A stretch of 64,000 bases of DNA from Flavobacteriales bacterium (GCA_018401695.1 JAGYKD010000002.1:238636-302635); one strand, 5' to 3'. Positions 41,179-51,595 are shown, counted from the first letter of the stretch. Numbers and translations: made by a program. Notes: generated by a model from the letters alone, not told the origin.

Positions 41179-42177
41179 ATGGATGGAATGCGTGTGGATA
41201 TGGAAGCATTAAATGAGCGAATTGCTCAAGGTGCCTCCTTTATTCCCTTGCTCAAACAAGAAATGAACAAAGTAATTGTAGGTCAAAGCTACATGACCGA
41301 CAGATTACTCATTGCTTTGCTTGGCAACGGACATATTCTTTTGGAAGGGGTGCCCGGCTTAGCCAAAACCCTGGCAATAAAAAGCCTCGCTCAAGCAATT
41401 CAGGTTGACTTTAGCCGTATTCAATTTACTCCCGACTTGCTGCCTGCAGATGTGGTGGGTACGGTGATTTACAACCAAAAATCCGAAAGTTTTTCAGTAA
41501 AAAAAGGCCCCATTTTTGCCAACTTTGTACTGGCAGACGAAATCAATCGAGCCCCGGCTAAGGTCCAGTCCGCCTTGCTCGAAGCCATGCAAGAACGCCA
41601 AGTAACCATTGGAGAATCTACTTACCCTCTGCCGGACCCATTTATGGTATTGGCAACCCAAAACCCGGTGGAGCAAGAAGGAACATACCCTTTACCCGAA
41701 GCTCAAAGCGATCGTTTTCTCCTTAAAGTAGTACTTAATTACCCCTCCAACGAAGAAGAACAGCAAATCATCCGTTTGAATATGGGGGGTAATTTCCCGA
41801 AAATCCAAGCCGTAGTGCAACCTAAAGATATTGCAAACGCAAGGGCTTTGGTTAGAGAAGTGTATATGGACGAAAAAATCGAACGCTATATCGTTCGCTT
41901 GGTGCATGCCACTCGAAAACCATCAGAAACCGGTTTCTCTGACCTGGCAGACCTTATTTCGTTTGGAGCATCCCCTCGCGCATCCATTGGTTTGGCCTTA
42001 GCTTCAAAAGCTTTTGCCTTTATTCAGGGCAGAGGGTATGTTATCCCCGACGACATTCGATCTATAGCCGCAGATGTTATGCGCCACCGCATTGGGCTTA
42101 CCTATGAAGCCGAGGCGGAAGAAAAAACAGCCGATGATGTGGTAAAAGAAATAATTAATAAGGTAGAGGTCCCATAA
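41179..42177 (+). CDS. MoxR-family AAA+ ATPase
   Basis: Walker A (GVPGLAKT) and Walker B (LADEINRA) motifs. First gene of the Bat operon. Confidence 0.85.
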   Translation: MDGMRVDMEALNERIAQGASFIPLLKQEMNKVIVGQSYMTDRLLIALLGNGHILLEGVPGLAKTLAIKSLAQAIQVDFSRIQFTPDLLPADVVGTVIYNQKSESFSVKKGPIFANFVLADEINRAPAKVQSALLEAMQERQVTIGESTYPLPDPFMVLATQNPVEQEGTYPLPEAQSDRFLLKVVLNYPSNEEEQQIIRLNMGGNFPKIQAVVQPKDIANARALVREVYMDEKIERYIVRLVHATRKPSETGFSDLADLISFGASPRASIGLALASKAFAFIQGRGYVIPDDIRSIAADVMRHRIGLTYEAEAEEKTADDVVKEIINKVEVP

Positions 42178-42181
42178 TTCC

Positions 42182-43087
42182 ATGCAGGCTACGCAAGATA
42201 TAGCAAACAGGGAGTTAAAAGAACTGCTGAAAAGAGTCCGAAAGATTGAAATAAAGGCAAGAGGCCTAAGCAATCAGCTCTTTTCTGGTCAATACCATGC
42301 TGCCTTCAAAGGGCTGGGTATGTCGTTTAGCGAAGTGCGTGCGTATCAATTTGGAGACGATGTGCGCTTCATTGATTGGAACGTTACCGCCCGCCTTAAT
42401 GAACCCCATGTAAAGGTGTTTGAAGAGGAGCGGGAATTGTCGGTGTTCTTTTTGCTTGACCTTAGCAGCTCCATGAAGTTCGGAGCAAACCACGACCAGT
42501 TCCGCGAGCGAATGGCCGAAATCTTGTGCGTCCTTTCTTTTGCGGCCGTGCAAAACAACGATAAAGTAGGGGCTATTTTTTTCTCCGGAAATCAACGCAG
42601 CTTTATTCCACCCGCCAAAGGAAAAGGGCATGCCATGCGCATTGTGCGCGACGTAATTGCCGCTCCATTACCCGAAGGCAGCACTACCCACCTGGCCGAT
42701 GGTTTGGCTTTCTTAAATCGTGCGCTCAGCAAAAAGGCCACAGTTTTTGTAATAAGTGATTTCCTCGATAAAGGCTTTGAACGTCCTCTTCGTCTGGCCA
42801 ACCAAAAACACGACATTATTGCTTTAAAGCTAGAAGATCCCAGTTTCCAGAATATCCCTAAAGTAGGCCTTATTAAAATTCAGGACCCGGAAACCGGAAA
42901 AAACCGTTGGATCAATACCAACGCTAAGCAAACAAGAAATCAGTGGGCGGCCCATTTTAACAAGCACCAACAAGAACTTCTTCGCTCTTGCAAAGCCGCA
43001 GGCGTAGATTTGGCCATCCTTCCAAGTCACCTCGATTATATCAAACCGTTGAAGCAGCTGTTTCGAAAAAGAGAAATGATGCGATGA
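42182..43087 (+). CDS. DUF58 domain protein (vWA-like, MoxR partner)
   Basis: Conserved second gene of the bat operon. 301 aa. Confidence 0.75.
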   Translation: MQATQDIANRELKELLKRVRKIEIKARGLSNQLFSGQYHAAFKGLGMSFSEVRAYQFGDDVRFIDWNVTARLNEPHVKVFEEERELSVFFLLDLSSSMKFGANHDQFRERMAEILCVLSFAAVQNNDKVGAIFFSGNQRSFIPPAKGKGHAMRIVRDVIAAPLPEGSTTHLADGLAFLNRALSKKATVFVISDFLDKGFERPLRLANQKHDIIALKLEDPSFQNIPKVGLIKIQDPETGKNRWINTNAKQTRNQWAAHFNKHQQELLRSCKAAGVDLAILPSHLDYIKPLKQLFRKREMMR

Positions 43088-44043
43088 AAAAGTTAGGGTT
43101 TGTTATCTATATATTGGCCTTTGGTGCTTCGCTCCATGCTCAGGTAGATGCCAACCTGCGACTTAATAAAGATACCTTGTGGTTGGGCTCTCCCGATACC
43201 CTCTGGCTGGAATTGGACCAGGACCGTAACTTAACCGTTCTTTGGCCCTTGCTGGGTGATTCGCTTGGGCCGCACTTGGAAATTCTCTCAAAAACCCCAT
43301 TAGATACTTTAGCCACAAACGATTCCAATACCTTAAGATATCGACAAGGATTGCAAGTAGTTTCTTACGATTCCGGTGCTTGGGTATTACCCACCATTCC
43401 GTTTCAGTATTTAGATAAACAGGATACGACTTTTGCTGTGTTTCCTGAGAAGAGCATTGTGGTGCTGGCTCCTGCAGTGGACCTCTCAAAAGACATTCGA
43501 GGGATAGAAGGAGTACTGAATCCCGGCTACCATTGGCTCGAATGGTTTCCTTGGCTTTTGCTTTCTTTGGGTATCCTCGCTCTAAGCTTCTTTGCCATTC
43601 GATGGTTGGTGCTTAAAAAACCAAAGCAACAAGAACTCCCGGTCCCCATTCAGGTAGAAGAGGTCCTAAACCCATTTGAAGAAGCTTTGGCCACTTTGGA
43701 ACGTATTCGAAACCGCGCCGATTGGAAACAAGGCAAGGTAAAGGCCTACTACTCAGATTTGGTAGACCTTATGCGCAGGTATACTGAACGATGCTATGGG
43801 GTGGAAGTTTCCGAAATGACTTCTGCTGAGTGGCTTAGTTGGTGGCAACGGGCCGGTTTGGCAAAGCAAGACGGAGGGAAACTTAAGCAACTCCTGCAAT
43901 TGGCCGATATGGTCAAATTTGCCAAACAAAACCCTACCGATAAAGAACACCTGTGGATGGCCGAAACCATCCATGCCTGGTTGTTGATTTTGGAAAAAGA
44001 AAAACAAGCATCTAGCAATCAAGATTCGGAGGAGAAAGAATGA
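43084..44043 (+). CDS. bat-operon membrane protein (hypothetical)
   Basis: Signal/TM start at the internal Met (MKKLGFVIYILAFGASLHAQ), ATGA overlap with DUF58 and a central TM helix. Confidence 0.5.
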   Translation: MKKLGFVIYILAFGASLHAQVDANLRLNKDTLWLGSPDTLWLELDQDRNLTVLWPLLGDSLGPHLEILSKTPLDTLATNDSNTLRYRQGLQVVSYDSGAWVLPTIPFQYLDKQDTTFAVFPEKSIVVLAPAVDLSKDIRGIEGVLNPGYHWLEWFPWLLLSLGILALSFFAIRWLVLKKPKQQELPVPIQVEEVLNPFEEALATLERIRNRADWKQGKVKAYYSDLVDLMRRYTERCYGVEVSEMTSAEWLSWWQRAGLAKQDGGKLKQLLQLADMVKFAKQNPTDKEHLWMAETIHAWLLILEKEKQASSNQDSEEKE

Positions 44044-45053
44044 CGGCTTGGCAACAAATAACATTTACCTATCCTTGGGTTTTGCTGCTGCTTTTGCTGC
44101 TCCCTGTGCTGTTTTGGCTCCACAGATTAAAGCTTAAAAAAGGCGCCCCTGCCTGGAGGGTTCCTTTTGATTACGATGCGCCAAAACTCCCCCGCGACTT
44201 TAGGGCAAAACTGAGTTGGATACCCACAATGCTTAGAATAGGAGCATTAGCACTCCTGATAGTAGTGCTTGCACGACCAAGAGGAAATCTTGGACTGGTG
44301 GAGTCCACCAAAGAAGTCGTAGACATGCAATTGGCCATAGACGTATCCCTGTCCATGCTTGCCAAGGATTTTCAACCCAATCGACTCGAAGTCTCCAAAT
44401 CTCTGGCGGCTGATTTTATTCAAAAACGACCGGACGACCGTATGGGACTTGTGGTTTTTTCGGGAGAGTCCTTTACCCAATGTCCCATGACCACCGACCA
44501 CAGGGTACTCCTAAATCGTTTGGAAGCCCTTTCCATCGACAACGATATGAAGCAAGGAACGGCCATTGGTCTGGGCTTGGCAAAGGCAGTGGCCCGATTA
44601 AGCAATAGCGAAGCCAAATCCAAAGTCGTGATTTTACTTACCGATGGAGTAAACAATACCGGACAGATTTCTCCATTGACCGCCGCACAAATGGCCAGAA
44701 CCTTTGGAATTCGGGTGTATGCCATTGGAGTAGGAAAGAAAGGAATGGCCCTCTCTCCGGTTGGTTACGACTTTTTTGGTCAGCTGCGCTATGGCATGGC
44801 CCCCGTAGAAATCGACGAGGAATTGTTGACCGACATCGCGCAGCAAACCGGTGGAGCCTACTTTAGAGCCACCAATCAAGCCAGCCTTAAAGAAGTTTTC
44901 AAAGAAATTGACCGACTCGAAAAAACGAAAATTCAAATCACCGAATACCAAAAGCAGCCCGATATTTTTTGGCCATTTTTATTGCTTGCTTCTGCCTTGC
45001 TCGGCTTGGAATGGTTGTTGCGTTTAACCCTTTGGAATAGCTTGTCTTTATGA
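44040..45053 (+). CDS. batA: aerotolerance protein BatA (vWA domain, N-terminal TM)
   Basis: vWA MIDAS motif (DVSLSM). 4 nt overlaps on both sides. Confidence 0.8.
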   Translation: MTAWQQITFTYPWVLLLLLLLPVLFWLHRLKLKKGAPAWRVPFDYDAPKLPRDFRAKLSWIPTMLRIGALALLIVVLARPRGNLGLVESTKEVVDMQLAIDVSLSMLAKDFQPNRLEVSKSLAADFIQKRPDDRMGLVVFSGESFTQCPMTTDHRVLLNRLEALSIDNDMKQGTAIGLGLAKAVARLSNSEAKSKVVILLTDGVNNTGQISPLTAAQMARTFGIRVYAIGVGKKGMALSPVGYDFFGQLRYGMAPVEIDEELLTDIAQQTGGAYFRATNQASLKEVFKEIDRLEKTKIQITEYQKQPDIFWPFLLLASALLGLEWLLRLTLWNSLSL

Positions 45054-46072
45054 TACATTGGGAAGAACCTTGGTTTTTATTCGGCCTTTTGGCACTGCCC
45101 TTAGGTATGGCTATCGGCTTTATTTTGCTTAAACAAGCCCAAAACAGGTTAAAAAGGCTGGGCAAGCCCAAAAATACTGCCCAAACTTTGCCCTTATACC
45201 AACCCAAGCGCCTCTTGGCACGACACTTCTTGCTTGGTTTGGCAGGTTCCCTCCTGGCGGTAGCTTTGGCCAGACCCCAATGGGGACAAAGAACGGTCGA
45301 AACGGAACGAAAGGGTATGTATTTGGTCCTGGCCGTCGATGTTTCGCAAAGCATGCTTGCCGAAGACGTAAAACCCAACAGACTTTACCGGGCCAAACAA
45401 GCCGCTATTCATTGGCTCGACGACTTAAACAACGACCAATTAGCCCTGGTTGTCTTTGCCGCCACAGCACAAATTCAAATGCCCATGACCTCCGATTATG
45501 GGGCTGCCCGGCTCTACTTGGAATCTATCGATCAACTTAATCCGGATTTGCAAGGAACTTCCTTAAAAGAAGCTCTTGCCGCTGCCTACAAAGCCATTCC
45601 CCAAGAACGCGAGGCCGATGCCGCCGTTATTTTAATTTCCGACGGAGAAGACCATGAAGGAGAAGCTCTCGAAATGGCAGCTAAAATGGCCGACGAAGGC
45701 ATCGAAGTCCACACGCTTTCCGTAGGATTAAACCAGGCGGTACCCATCCCCATGGGAAACGGATACCTCAAAGACGAGGCCGGAAAAATGGCCTTAACCA
45801 AGCCCAACAAACAAATGCTCGCCCAATTGGCCGACATGGGCGGAGGTACTTTTGCCGATGACCCACACCCCGAACAAGCCTTAAATAGAATTTTTGCCGC
45901 ACTGGAAGAAAAACAACGCGAAAGCTTTACCAGTGAAATCAAAGAAGAGGGTAGGGAAGAACACGCCGGATGGTTTGTGGCCGCTGCCCTTGTATTGCTT
46001 TCCGTAGAATTGTTTTGGAAAAACACTCGAAAACCTCACGCTAAGGTATGGACATGGTTTGGAAATGCTTGA
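45050..46072 (+). CDS. batB: aerotolerance protein BatB (vWA domain)
   Basis: vWA MIDAS motif (DVSQSM). Confidence 0.8.
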   Translation: MIHWEEPWFLFGLLALPLGMAIGFILLKQAQNRLKRLGKPKNTAQTLPLYQPKRLLARHFLLGLAGSLLAVALARPQWGQRTVETERKGMYLVLAVDVSQSMLAEDVKPNRLYRAKQAAIHWLDDLNNDQLALVVFAATAQIQMPMTSDYGAARLYLESIDQLNPDLQGTSLKEALAAAYKAIPQEREADAAVILISDGEDHEGEALEMAAKMADEGIEVHTLSVGLNQAVPIPMGNGYLKDEAGKMALTKPNKQMLAQLADMGGGTFADDPHPEQALNRIFAALEEKQRESFTSEIKEEGREEHAGWFVAAALVLLSVELFWKNTRKPHAKVWTWFGNA

Positions 46073-46791
46073 CCCTTTGCCTGATGGTATGTACATCGGC
46101 CTCGGTCTCGGCTCAACAAGCCGAGCGCCCTTGGTATGAAGCACCCCCTTACCGCTTGTTGCGGGAAGGTAATGCCGCCCTCGAACAAGGAAATATACAA
46201 GAGGCTATGAAGGCTTATCAAGCCTACGGTGAACGTATGCCCAACGACCCCAGATGGCAATACAACCTCGGAAATGCGCTGTTTAAAAACGGACAAGCCG
46301 ATAGCGCAAGGCATTGGTACCAACAAGCAGCCCAAAACCTCAACGACCCCAACCATCAGTCCAAAGCTTGGCACAACCTGGGCAACAGTTATATGCAAGC
46401 AGAGGATTTCCCTAAAGCAGTAGAGGCCTACAAAAAATCCCTGCTTGCCAATCCTAAGGCAGAAAACACCCGCTACAATTTAAGCTATGCGTTGAAAAAA
46501 TTGCAACAGCAGCAACAACAGCAAGATCAGCAGCAACAACAGCAACAACAGCAACAAGAGCAGCAGCAAGAGCAGCAGCAAGAGCAGCAGCAAGAGCAGC
46601 AGCAAGAGCAGCAGCAAGAGCAAGAGCAGCAGCAAGAGCAACAAGAACGCAATCAGCAAAAAAATCAGGAGCTAACCAGAGAACAAGCCCAACGCTTACT
46701 CGACGCCTTAGATCGAGACGAAAAAGAACTGCAACAAAAGAAAATGGAATCCGGGGATGCCCCCCAAAAAAGAATAAAAAAGCCATGGTAA
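46048..46791 (+). CDS. batC: aerotolerance protein BatC (TPR repeats + Gln/Glu-rich tract)
   Basis: Signal peptide, TPRs, then a roughly 50-residue Q/E low-complexity stretch. Confidence 0.7.
   Translation: MDMVWKCLTLCLMVCTSASVSAQQAERPWYEAPPYRLLREGNAALEQGNIQEAMKAYQAYGERMPNDPRWQYNLGNALFKNGQADSARHWYQQAAQNLNDPNHQSKAWHNLGNSYMQAEDFPKAVEAYKKSLLANPKAENTRYNLSYALKKLQQQQQQQDQQQQQQQQQQEQQQEQQQEQQQEQQQEQQQEQEQQQEQQERNQQKNQELTREQAQRLLDALDRDEKELQQKKMESGDAPQKRIKKPW
46501..46650 (+). repeat. CAG/CAA trinucleotide-rich tract with perfect 12 bp repeat (CAGCAGCAAGAG) x5 inside batC
   Basis: Direct reading of 46561-46620. In-frame and encodes (QQQE)n. Confidence 0.9.
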
Positions 46792-48536
46792 GCATGCGTT
46801 TTTTTCTCCTTTTTGCAGCGGTTTGGATTACCCATGTCCTACCTGCCCAACAGATTTCTGTTCAAGTGAACCCCGAAAACCCGACAGTAGGCCAGGCTTT
46901 TCGTGTGGTTTACCAAATTTCCGATATGCAAGGCGCTATTCGCCCTCCCTCTTTTGCCCCACTCATCCAACAAGGCACTTTTCAGCAACAACAATACATC
47001 AATGGAAGGGTTTCTTTTACCCTTACCTATCAATTGGTGGCTCGCGAAGCCGGAACTTACACCATTGCTCCTCTGCGCGTGCTCAATTCCAAAGGCGAAA
47101 CCCTTGGTTCCAGCCAATCGCTCTCTATTCGCGTCGGTAATGCCTCAGGACCAAATGCCAACAATCCCCAAAAACCCGGAAACAGCCCTACCGAAAAAAC
47201 GACCAAGGCAAAAGCCTCCCCCAAAATCTTAATGCGCCTCGAACTCGAGCCTAAAGAAGTTTTCGAAGGCCAGCCTTTTGCCATCGATTTGGTGCTCTAT
47301 ACCAAATACACCAGCCTAAGAAACGAAAGCTTCTCCGCCCTGGAAATTCCCGGAGTCTGGCTCCAGGAGTCCGAGGAAATGGGAAAACCGGAACTGGTAC
47401 CCGCTACCTATCAAGGCGAATCCTACTATAAAGTTTCTCTAAAGCGCTGGCTGGCCATTCCTCAAAGGTCCGGTTCTATTCAAATCCCTTCCATGCAAGC
47501 AACTTTTGTTGTTCAAGAAATGCTGCCGCCCACCAACGTTTTTGAACAACTCTTTGGCGGAGGAAACGTGGTAACCGAAACGGTAGAAATCGAATCGCCC
47601 GCGGCTACCGTTAAGGTAAAACCGCTGCCCGAAAAGGGACGGCCCGCAGACTTTATCAATGCAGTAGGCGATTTTACCATCAAATTTGACGCCGGACCCT
47701 GCACGCTGAGTACTTCCGATGCCCTCCAAATGTCCCTTATGGTTAAAGGTAACGGCAACCTGAATTTGTTCGAATTCCCAAACCCCGATCTCCCCGATGG
47801 CTTCATGGCCTATCCCCCAGAAATTCAAGAAAAAATCACCTTCGGTAGGTTTAAACTCTCCGGTACCAAACAGGCCGACTATATCCTTATCCCCCAAGGT
47901 GGAGGCCGCTTTGTAATTCCTCCCCTGCGTTTTTCCTGGTTTAACCCTTCTACAGAAAGCTACCAAACCTTCCATTCCGATAGCTTAGAGGTGTTGGTAC
48001 AAGGCGCCCCCTTGAACCCCTCCTTGACCCAAAAGGAAGACCAAGCCGAAACTTCTCCCAATTTTTCCCTACCTCAAAACCGAGACCAAGCCCTATGGCC
48101 TACCTGGTTCGGATCCACGGGTTTTTGGGTGTTCACCCTTATCCCACTGCTTCTCTTAATCAGTTGGCCGTTTTTATGGCGCCCGCTGCTTAGCCAAGCC
48201 ACCGAAAAATGGAAACGAAAAACTCCCCTTCAAAAGGCCTTACTCGCGCTTGAACGCTTAGAAAAAGCACCCGATACTCCCTTACATGCCTATTGGCAAG
48301 TGATGAGCAACTACCTGCACGAGGCATTTGCCATTCCTCCCAGCGACCAAACCGAACAGCTCTTAAAGCAGAGCCTCCAAAAGCAATTCCCCACCGAGCT
48401 TTGCACGCAAATACTGGCTTGGAAACAACAATTGGAATGGTCGGCCTTTGCTCCACAACCCCAACAAACACTCCAAAAGCCTACCCAACAAATAAAATCC
48501 TGGCTCTTTCAAATGGACAAACACCTGAACCTATGA
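46785..48536 (+). CDS. batD: oxygen-tolerance protein BatD
   Basis: 583 aa with a signal peptide and a C-terminal TM helix. Confidence 0.75.
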   Translation: MVSMRFFLLFAAVWITHVLPAQQISVQVNPENPTVGQAFRVVYQISDMQGAIRPPSFAPLIQQGTFQQQQYINGRVSFTLTYQLVAREAGTYTIAPLRVLNSKGETLGSSQSLSIRVGNASGPNANNPQKPGNSPTEKTTKAKASPKILMRLELEPKEVFEGQPFAIDLVLYTKYTSLRNESFSALEIPGVWLQESEEMGKPELVPATYQGESYYKVSLKRWLAIPQRSGSIQIPSMQATFVVQEMLPPTNVFEQLFGGGNVVTETVEIESPAATVKVKPLPEKGRPADFINAVGDFTIKFDAGPCTLSTSDALQMSLMVKGNGNLNLFEFPNPDLPDGFMAYPPEIQEKITFGRFKLSGTKQADYILIPQGGGRFVIPPLRFSWFNPSTESYQTFHSDSLEVLVQGAPLNPSLTQKEDQAETSPNFSLPQNRDQALWPTWFGSTGFWVFTLIPLLLLISWPFLWRPLLSQATEKWKRKTPLQKALLALERLEKAPDTPLHAYWQVMSNYLHEAFAIPPSDQTEQLLKQSLQKQFPTELCTQILAWKQQLEWSAFAPQPQQTLQKPTQQIKSWLFQMDKHLNL

Positions 48537-49345
48537 GCTACCCGGCTTTGTTTTCATGGTTGGACGTTTTTCGATTAACAAAAACGGTCGTTTTCTGCCT
48601 GCTGTTCCTACCCGGGCCGGCCTTGAATTCGGCCAAAGCGCAGACAGCAGAAGGCTCCCAAGTCGATTTTCAAAAAGGCCTGGAAGCTTTTTCCAACCAA
48701 TGGTATGCGCAAGCTTTTGACCTCTGGAGCCAAGCCGATGCCCCCCAATGGTCCGGCGATTGGTGCGGCTACACCGCTCAGGCAGCCTGGAAAGCCGGAA
48801 AACCCGCCGAAGCCATTCGTTGGGCCTACCGGGGACTGCGCGTTGAACCTACCCACGCCGGCCTCCGACAGGAACTTAAATTCATGCTCTCCAGCCAACA
48901 ATTGACCTCAGAAATGCCCTTAGAGCCTCCCCATCTTTTTTGGCAAACAAGCATCGACACCCTCGGCCAATGGGCAGTTTTATGGCTTTGGTTGGCTTTG
49001 TGCATTTTGCTAGGACATCATCTGCTGCCCATTCCAGCCAAAGTCCGAAGGCTTTTTCCCGCCTTTTTTGGGCTCTTACTTCTCCTGTCCCTTTCTTTTT
49101 TTGGTTTGGCCTGGGGCCGCTACCTATGGATGCACCGCACCGAGGCCGTAACCGCCCTTTCTTCCGTGGTCCTCAGAGATGCTCCCGAAGATACCGCACA
49201 AGAAATACAAAGGCTTAAGGTCGGGCAAAGGCTTCGATGTATCGAAACCAAGCAGGAATGGCACAAAGTCCGCCTTACCAACGAAGTTTCAGGTTGGGTA
49301 CGCTCCGATCAACTGTTACCTATTCTACCGGAGTCTAAACCATGA
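48533..49345 (+). CDS. batE: BatE (TPR + C-terminal SH3b domain)
   Basis: Start at the internal Met MSYPALF with an ATGA overlap onto batD. SH3-like C-terminus (…VGQRLRCIE…GWVRSDQL). Confidence 0.65.
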   Translation: MSYPALFSWLDVFRLTKTVVFCLLFLPGPALNSAKAQTAEGSQVDFQKGLEAFSNQWYAQAFDLWSQADAPQWSGDWCGYTAQAAWKAGKPAEAIRWAYRGLRVEPTHAGLRQELKFMLSSQQLTSEMPLEPPHLFWQTSIDTLGQWAVLWLWLALCILLGHHLLPIPAKVRRLFPAFFGLLLLLSLSFFGLAWGRYLWMHRTEAVTALSSVVLRDAPEDTAQEIQRLKVGQRLRCIETKQEWHKVRLTNEVSGWVRSDQLLPILPESKP

Positions 49346-49857
49346 GTATACAACGTATTCTACTCTTAAGCGACACCCACGGCTGGCTGCATCCCGGCAT
49401 CGAAGCCCATGCCGCACAAGTCGATGAAATATGGCACGCCGGAGACGTCGGCCAACCCGAAGTCCTGGATCAACTCGAAAGCATGGCGCCCTTGCGCGCC
49501 GTATTCGGCAACATCGATGGCCAAAACATCCGCCGCCGACTCCCCGAAACCCTGCATTTTGAATGCAAGGGCCTAAAGGTCTTTATGACCCACATCTTGG
49601 GAAGACCCCGTGCCTATCCCGCCGCCGTGCGCCAAATGCTCCAATCCGATCCGCCCGACCTTATGATTTGCGGCCATTCCCACATCTTGTTGGTAGAACC
49701 CATCCTTACCGGAAAAGCCCTGCATTTGAATCCCGGAGCCTGTGGAAAACACGGTTGGCATCAGGTCATGACCATGCTCCGCCTCGACATTTCCCACCAA
49801 AAGGTTGCCGCCTTGTCGGTCATTGAACTTGGGCTTAGAGGCAAAGCCTTCGACTAA
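49342..49857 (+). CDS. YfcE/MJ0936-family metallophosphoesterase
   Basis: LLLSDTHG…HAGDVG…GNID…GHSH motifs. 4 nt overlap with batE. Confidence 0.75.
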   Translation: MSIQRILLLSDTHGWLHPGIEAHAAQVDEIWHAGDVGQPEVLDQLESMAPLRAVFGNIDGQNIRRRLPETLHFECKGLKVFMTHILGRPRAYPAAVRQMLQSDPPDLMICGHSHILLVEPILTGKALHLNPGACGKHGWHQVMTMLRLDISHQKVAALSVIELGLRGKAFD

Positions 49858-49887
49858 GTTCCTCCCAACATTCCGTATCTTTTTGCC

Positions 49888-51273
49888 ATGAAATGGCGCA
49901 TCTTCTGGTTATTGGCCGGCCCTTTGGCCGCTTGGCTCGTTTTCCTCGCCTGCCTGCCCATGGGAGCAACCCAAGCCAAAACCCTGGGCTTGGGCGCATG
50001 GATGGTGCTTTGGTGGATAAGCCAACCCGTAAACCTGGCGGTAACTGCCCTGCTTCCCCTGGTCTTTTTTCCCTTGCTCAACCTCATGCCCGTTCGGCAA
50101 ACCGCCGCCTATTACGGCCACGACATCGTTTTTTTGTTTCTCGGTGGCTTTTTGATTGGTCTGGCCATGGAAAAACACCGCCTTCACGAGCGCATTGCCT
50201 TGCTTATTTTGCTCAAAACCGGTGGGCGCCCCATCAAAGTGCTTTTGGGCTTTATGTTGGCCACGGGTTTCCTAAGCATGTGGATCAGCAATACCGCCAC
50301 CACCCTTATGATGCTCCCCATGGCCACTTCCGTGCTCCCCGTGTTCAACAACGCCACTTTTGGTCGACGACTTCTGTTGGCCATTGCTTACAGCAGCAGC
50401 TTGGGGGGCATGGCCACCCTCATTGGCACGCCCCCCAATGTGGTTTTACGTGGACAACTTCAGGCCGCCGGATTGGGCGAGCTTTCCTTTTTTGCCTGGC
50501 TTGGCCTGGCCCTGCCCATAACCCTAGTCCTTGGAGCCCTTTTGTATATGCTCTTGGGCTATGGCTTAAAACACATGCAGGGCTCAGCCATCGACCAAAT
50601 CCGGCAACGCAAACATGCCTTAGGCAAACCCGGGCCGGAAGAAAAACGTGTAGCCCTTATCTTTGCCGCCACCGCTGCGGCTTGGATATTCAGGCCCCTA
50701 TTGGAGCAGCTCAGCGGATTGCCCTTAAACGACACCGGCATTGCCATGGCGGGTGGACTGTTGATGTTTATGGTGCCCTCCACCAAGGCCGGCAAAGCCC
50801 TGTTGGATTGGGACGACACCCGAAAAATGGCCTGGGGCATAATTCTCCTCTTTGGCGGTGGACTCAGCTTGGCAGCGGCCTTAGAGCAAGCCGGAATCAT
50901 ACAAAGCTTGGGCATGGCCGCAGCCGATTGGGGCAGCGGCGGACTCTTTGCGCTCATATTGGGACTTACGGCCCTGGCGCTGTTCCTCACCGAAATCATG
51001 AGCAACGTAGCCCTCGTGTCCATCCTCTTGCCTGTCGTCTTGGAGTTGGCCAAAAGCCTGGACATAAACCCCTTGCAATTGGCCATACCCGTCACCCTGG
51101 CCGCCAGTTGCGCCTTTATGTTGCCCATGGCCACCCCGCCGAACGCCCTTGTATTTGCCGGAGGACAACTCAAAGTAAGCCACATGAGCCGCTACGGCAT
51201 TTGGATGAACCTGGCTTCCGTCTTAGTCATCAGCCTTGCCGCCTGGCAATTCCTGCCCCTTTGGTTAAACTGA
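49888..51273 (+). CDS. DASS/SLC13-family anion:sodium symporter
   Basis: 461 aa, polytopic, two-fold repeated architecture. Confidence 0.65.
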   Translation: MKWRIFWLLAGPLAAWLVFLACLPMGATQAKTLGLGAWMVLWWISQPVNLAVTALLPLVFFPLLNLMPVRQTAAYYGHDIVFLFLGGFLIGLAMEKHRLHERIALLILLKTGGRPIKVLLGFMLATGFLSMWISNTATTLMMLPMATSVLPVFNNATFGRRLLLAIAYSSSLGGMATLIGTPPNVVLRGQLQAAGLGELSFFAWLGLALPITLVLGALLYMLLGYGLKHMQGSAIDQIRQRKHALGKPGPEEKRVALIFAATAAAWIFRPLLEQLSGLPLNDTGIAMAGGLLMFMVPSTKAGKALLDWDDTRKMAWGIILLFGGGLSLAAALEQAGIIQSLGMAAADWGSGGLFALILGLTALALFLTEIMSNVALVSILLPVVLELAKSLDINPLQLAIPVTLAASCAFMLPMATPPNALVFAGGQLKVSHMSRYGIWMNLASVLVISLAAWQFLPLWLN

Positions 51274-51394
51274 GTCTACCCTTTAAAAAGCTGCCCGACC
51301 CATAAAAATGTACGATGGGTTATTTGGGCGCCTAATCCGTCTCCGGCCATTAGCTGCCTTGTGGGCTAGCTACGCCGCTAAGCGTAGGCAAGGA

Positions 51395-51535
51395 GCTTCC
51401 TCTGGTCGCTCTTGCCTCCGCAGCGGCTGAGCAGCCCACATCGTCAGGCTAATTGGCCTGCGCCGGGGCGCGTTAAGCTCCGTGTGTATTTTTTTTGAAT
51501 GATGGCCCACAGTTGAAACCGTGGGCGGTAGTGCG
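51395..51535 (+). repeat. ~140 bp direct repeat, copy 1 (…GGTCGCTCTTGCC…CGTCAGGCTAATTGGCCTGCGCCGGGGCGCGTTAAGCTCCGTGTG…GTTGAAACCGTGGGC)
   Basis: About 85% identical to 51985-52123. Confidence 0.8.
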
Positions 51536-51595
51536 GGTGAAATCATGGGATGCGGTTGAAACCGTGGGCTGTGGTGTGGCCATTTTTAAAGGGAA

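Noticed and set aside
46454-46795. 113 aa minus-strand ORF encoding (AALA)n
   Set aside because: It is the antisense reading of the CAG/CAA repeat in batC.
49893-51305. 470 aa ORF in an alternative frame over the DASS transporter
   Set aside because: The Arg/Pro/His/Gly-rich, low-complexity translation is typical of an out-of-frame read of a GC-rich membrane-protein gene. The in-frame transporter ORF has a coherent TM architecture.
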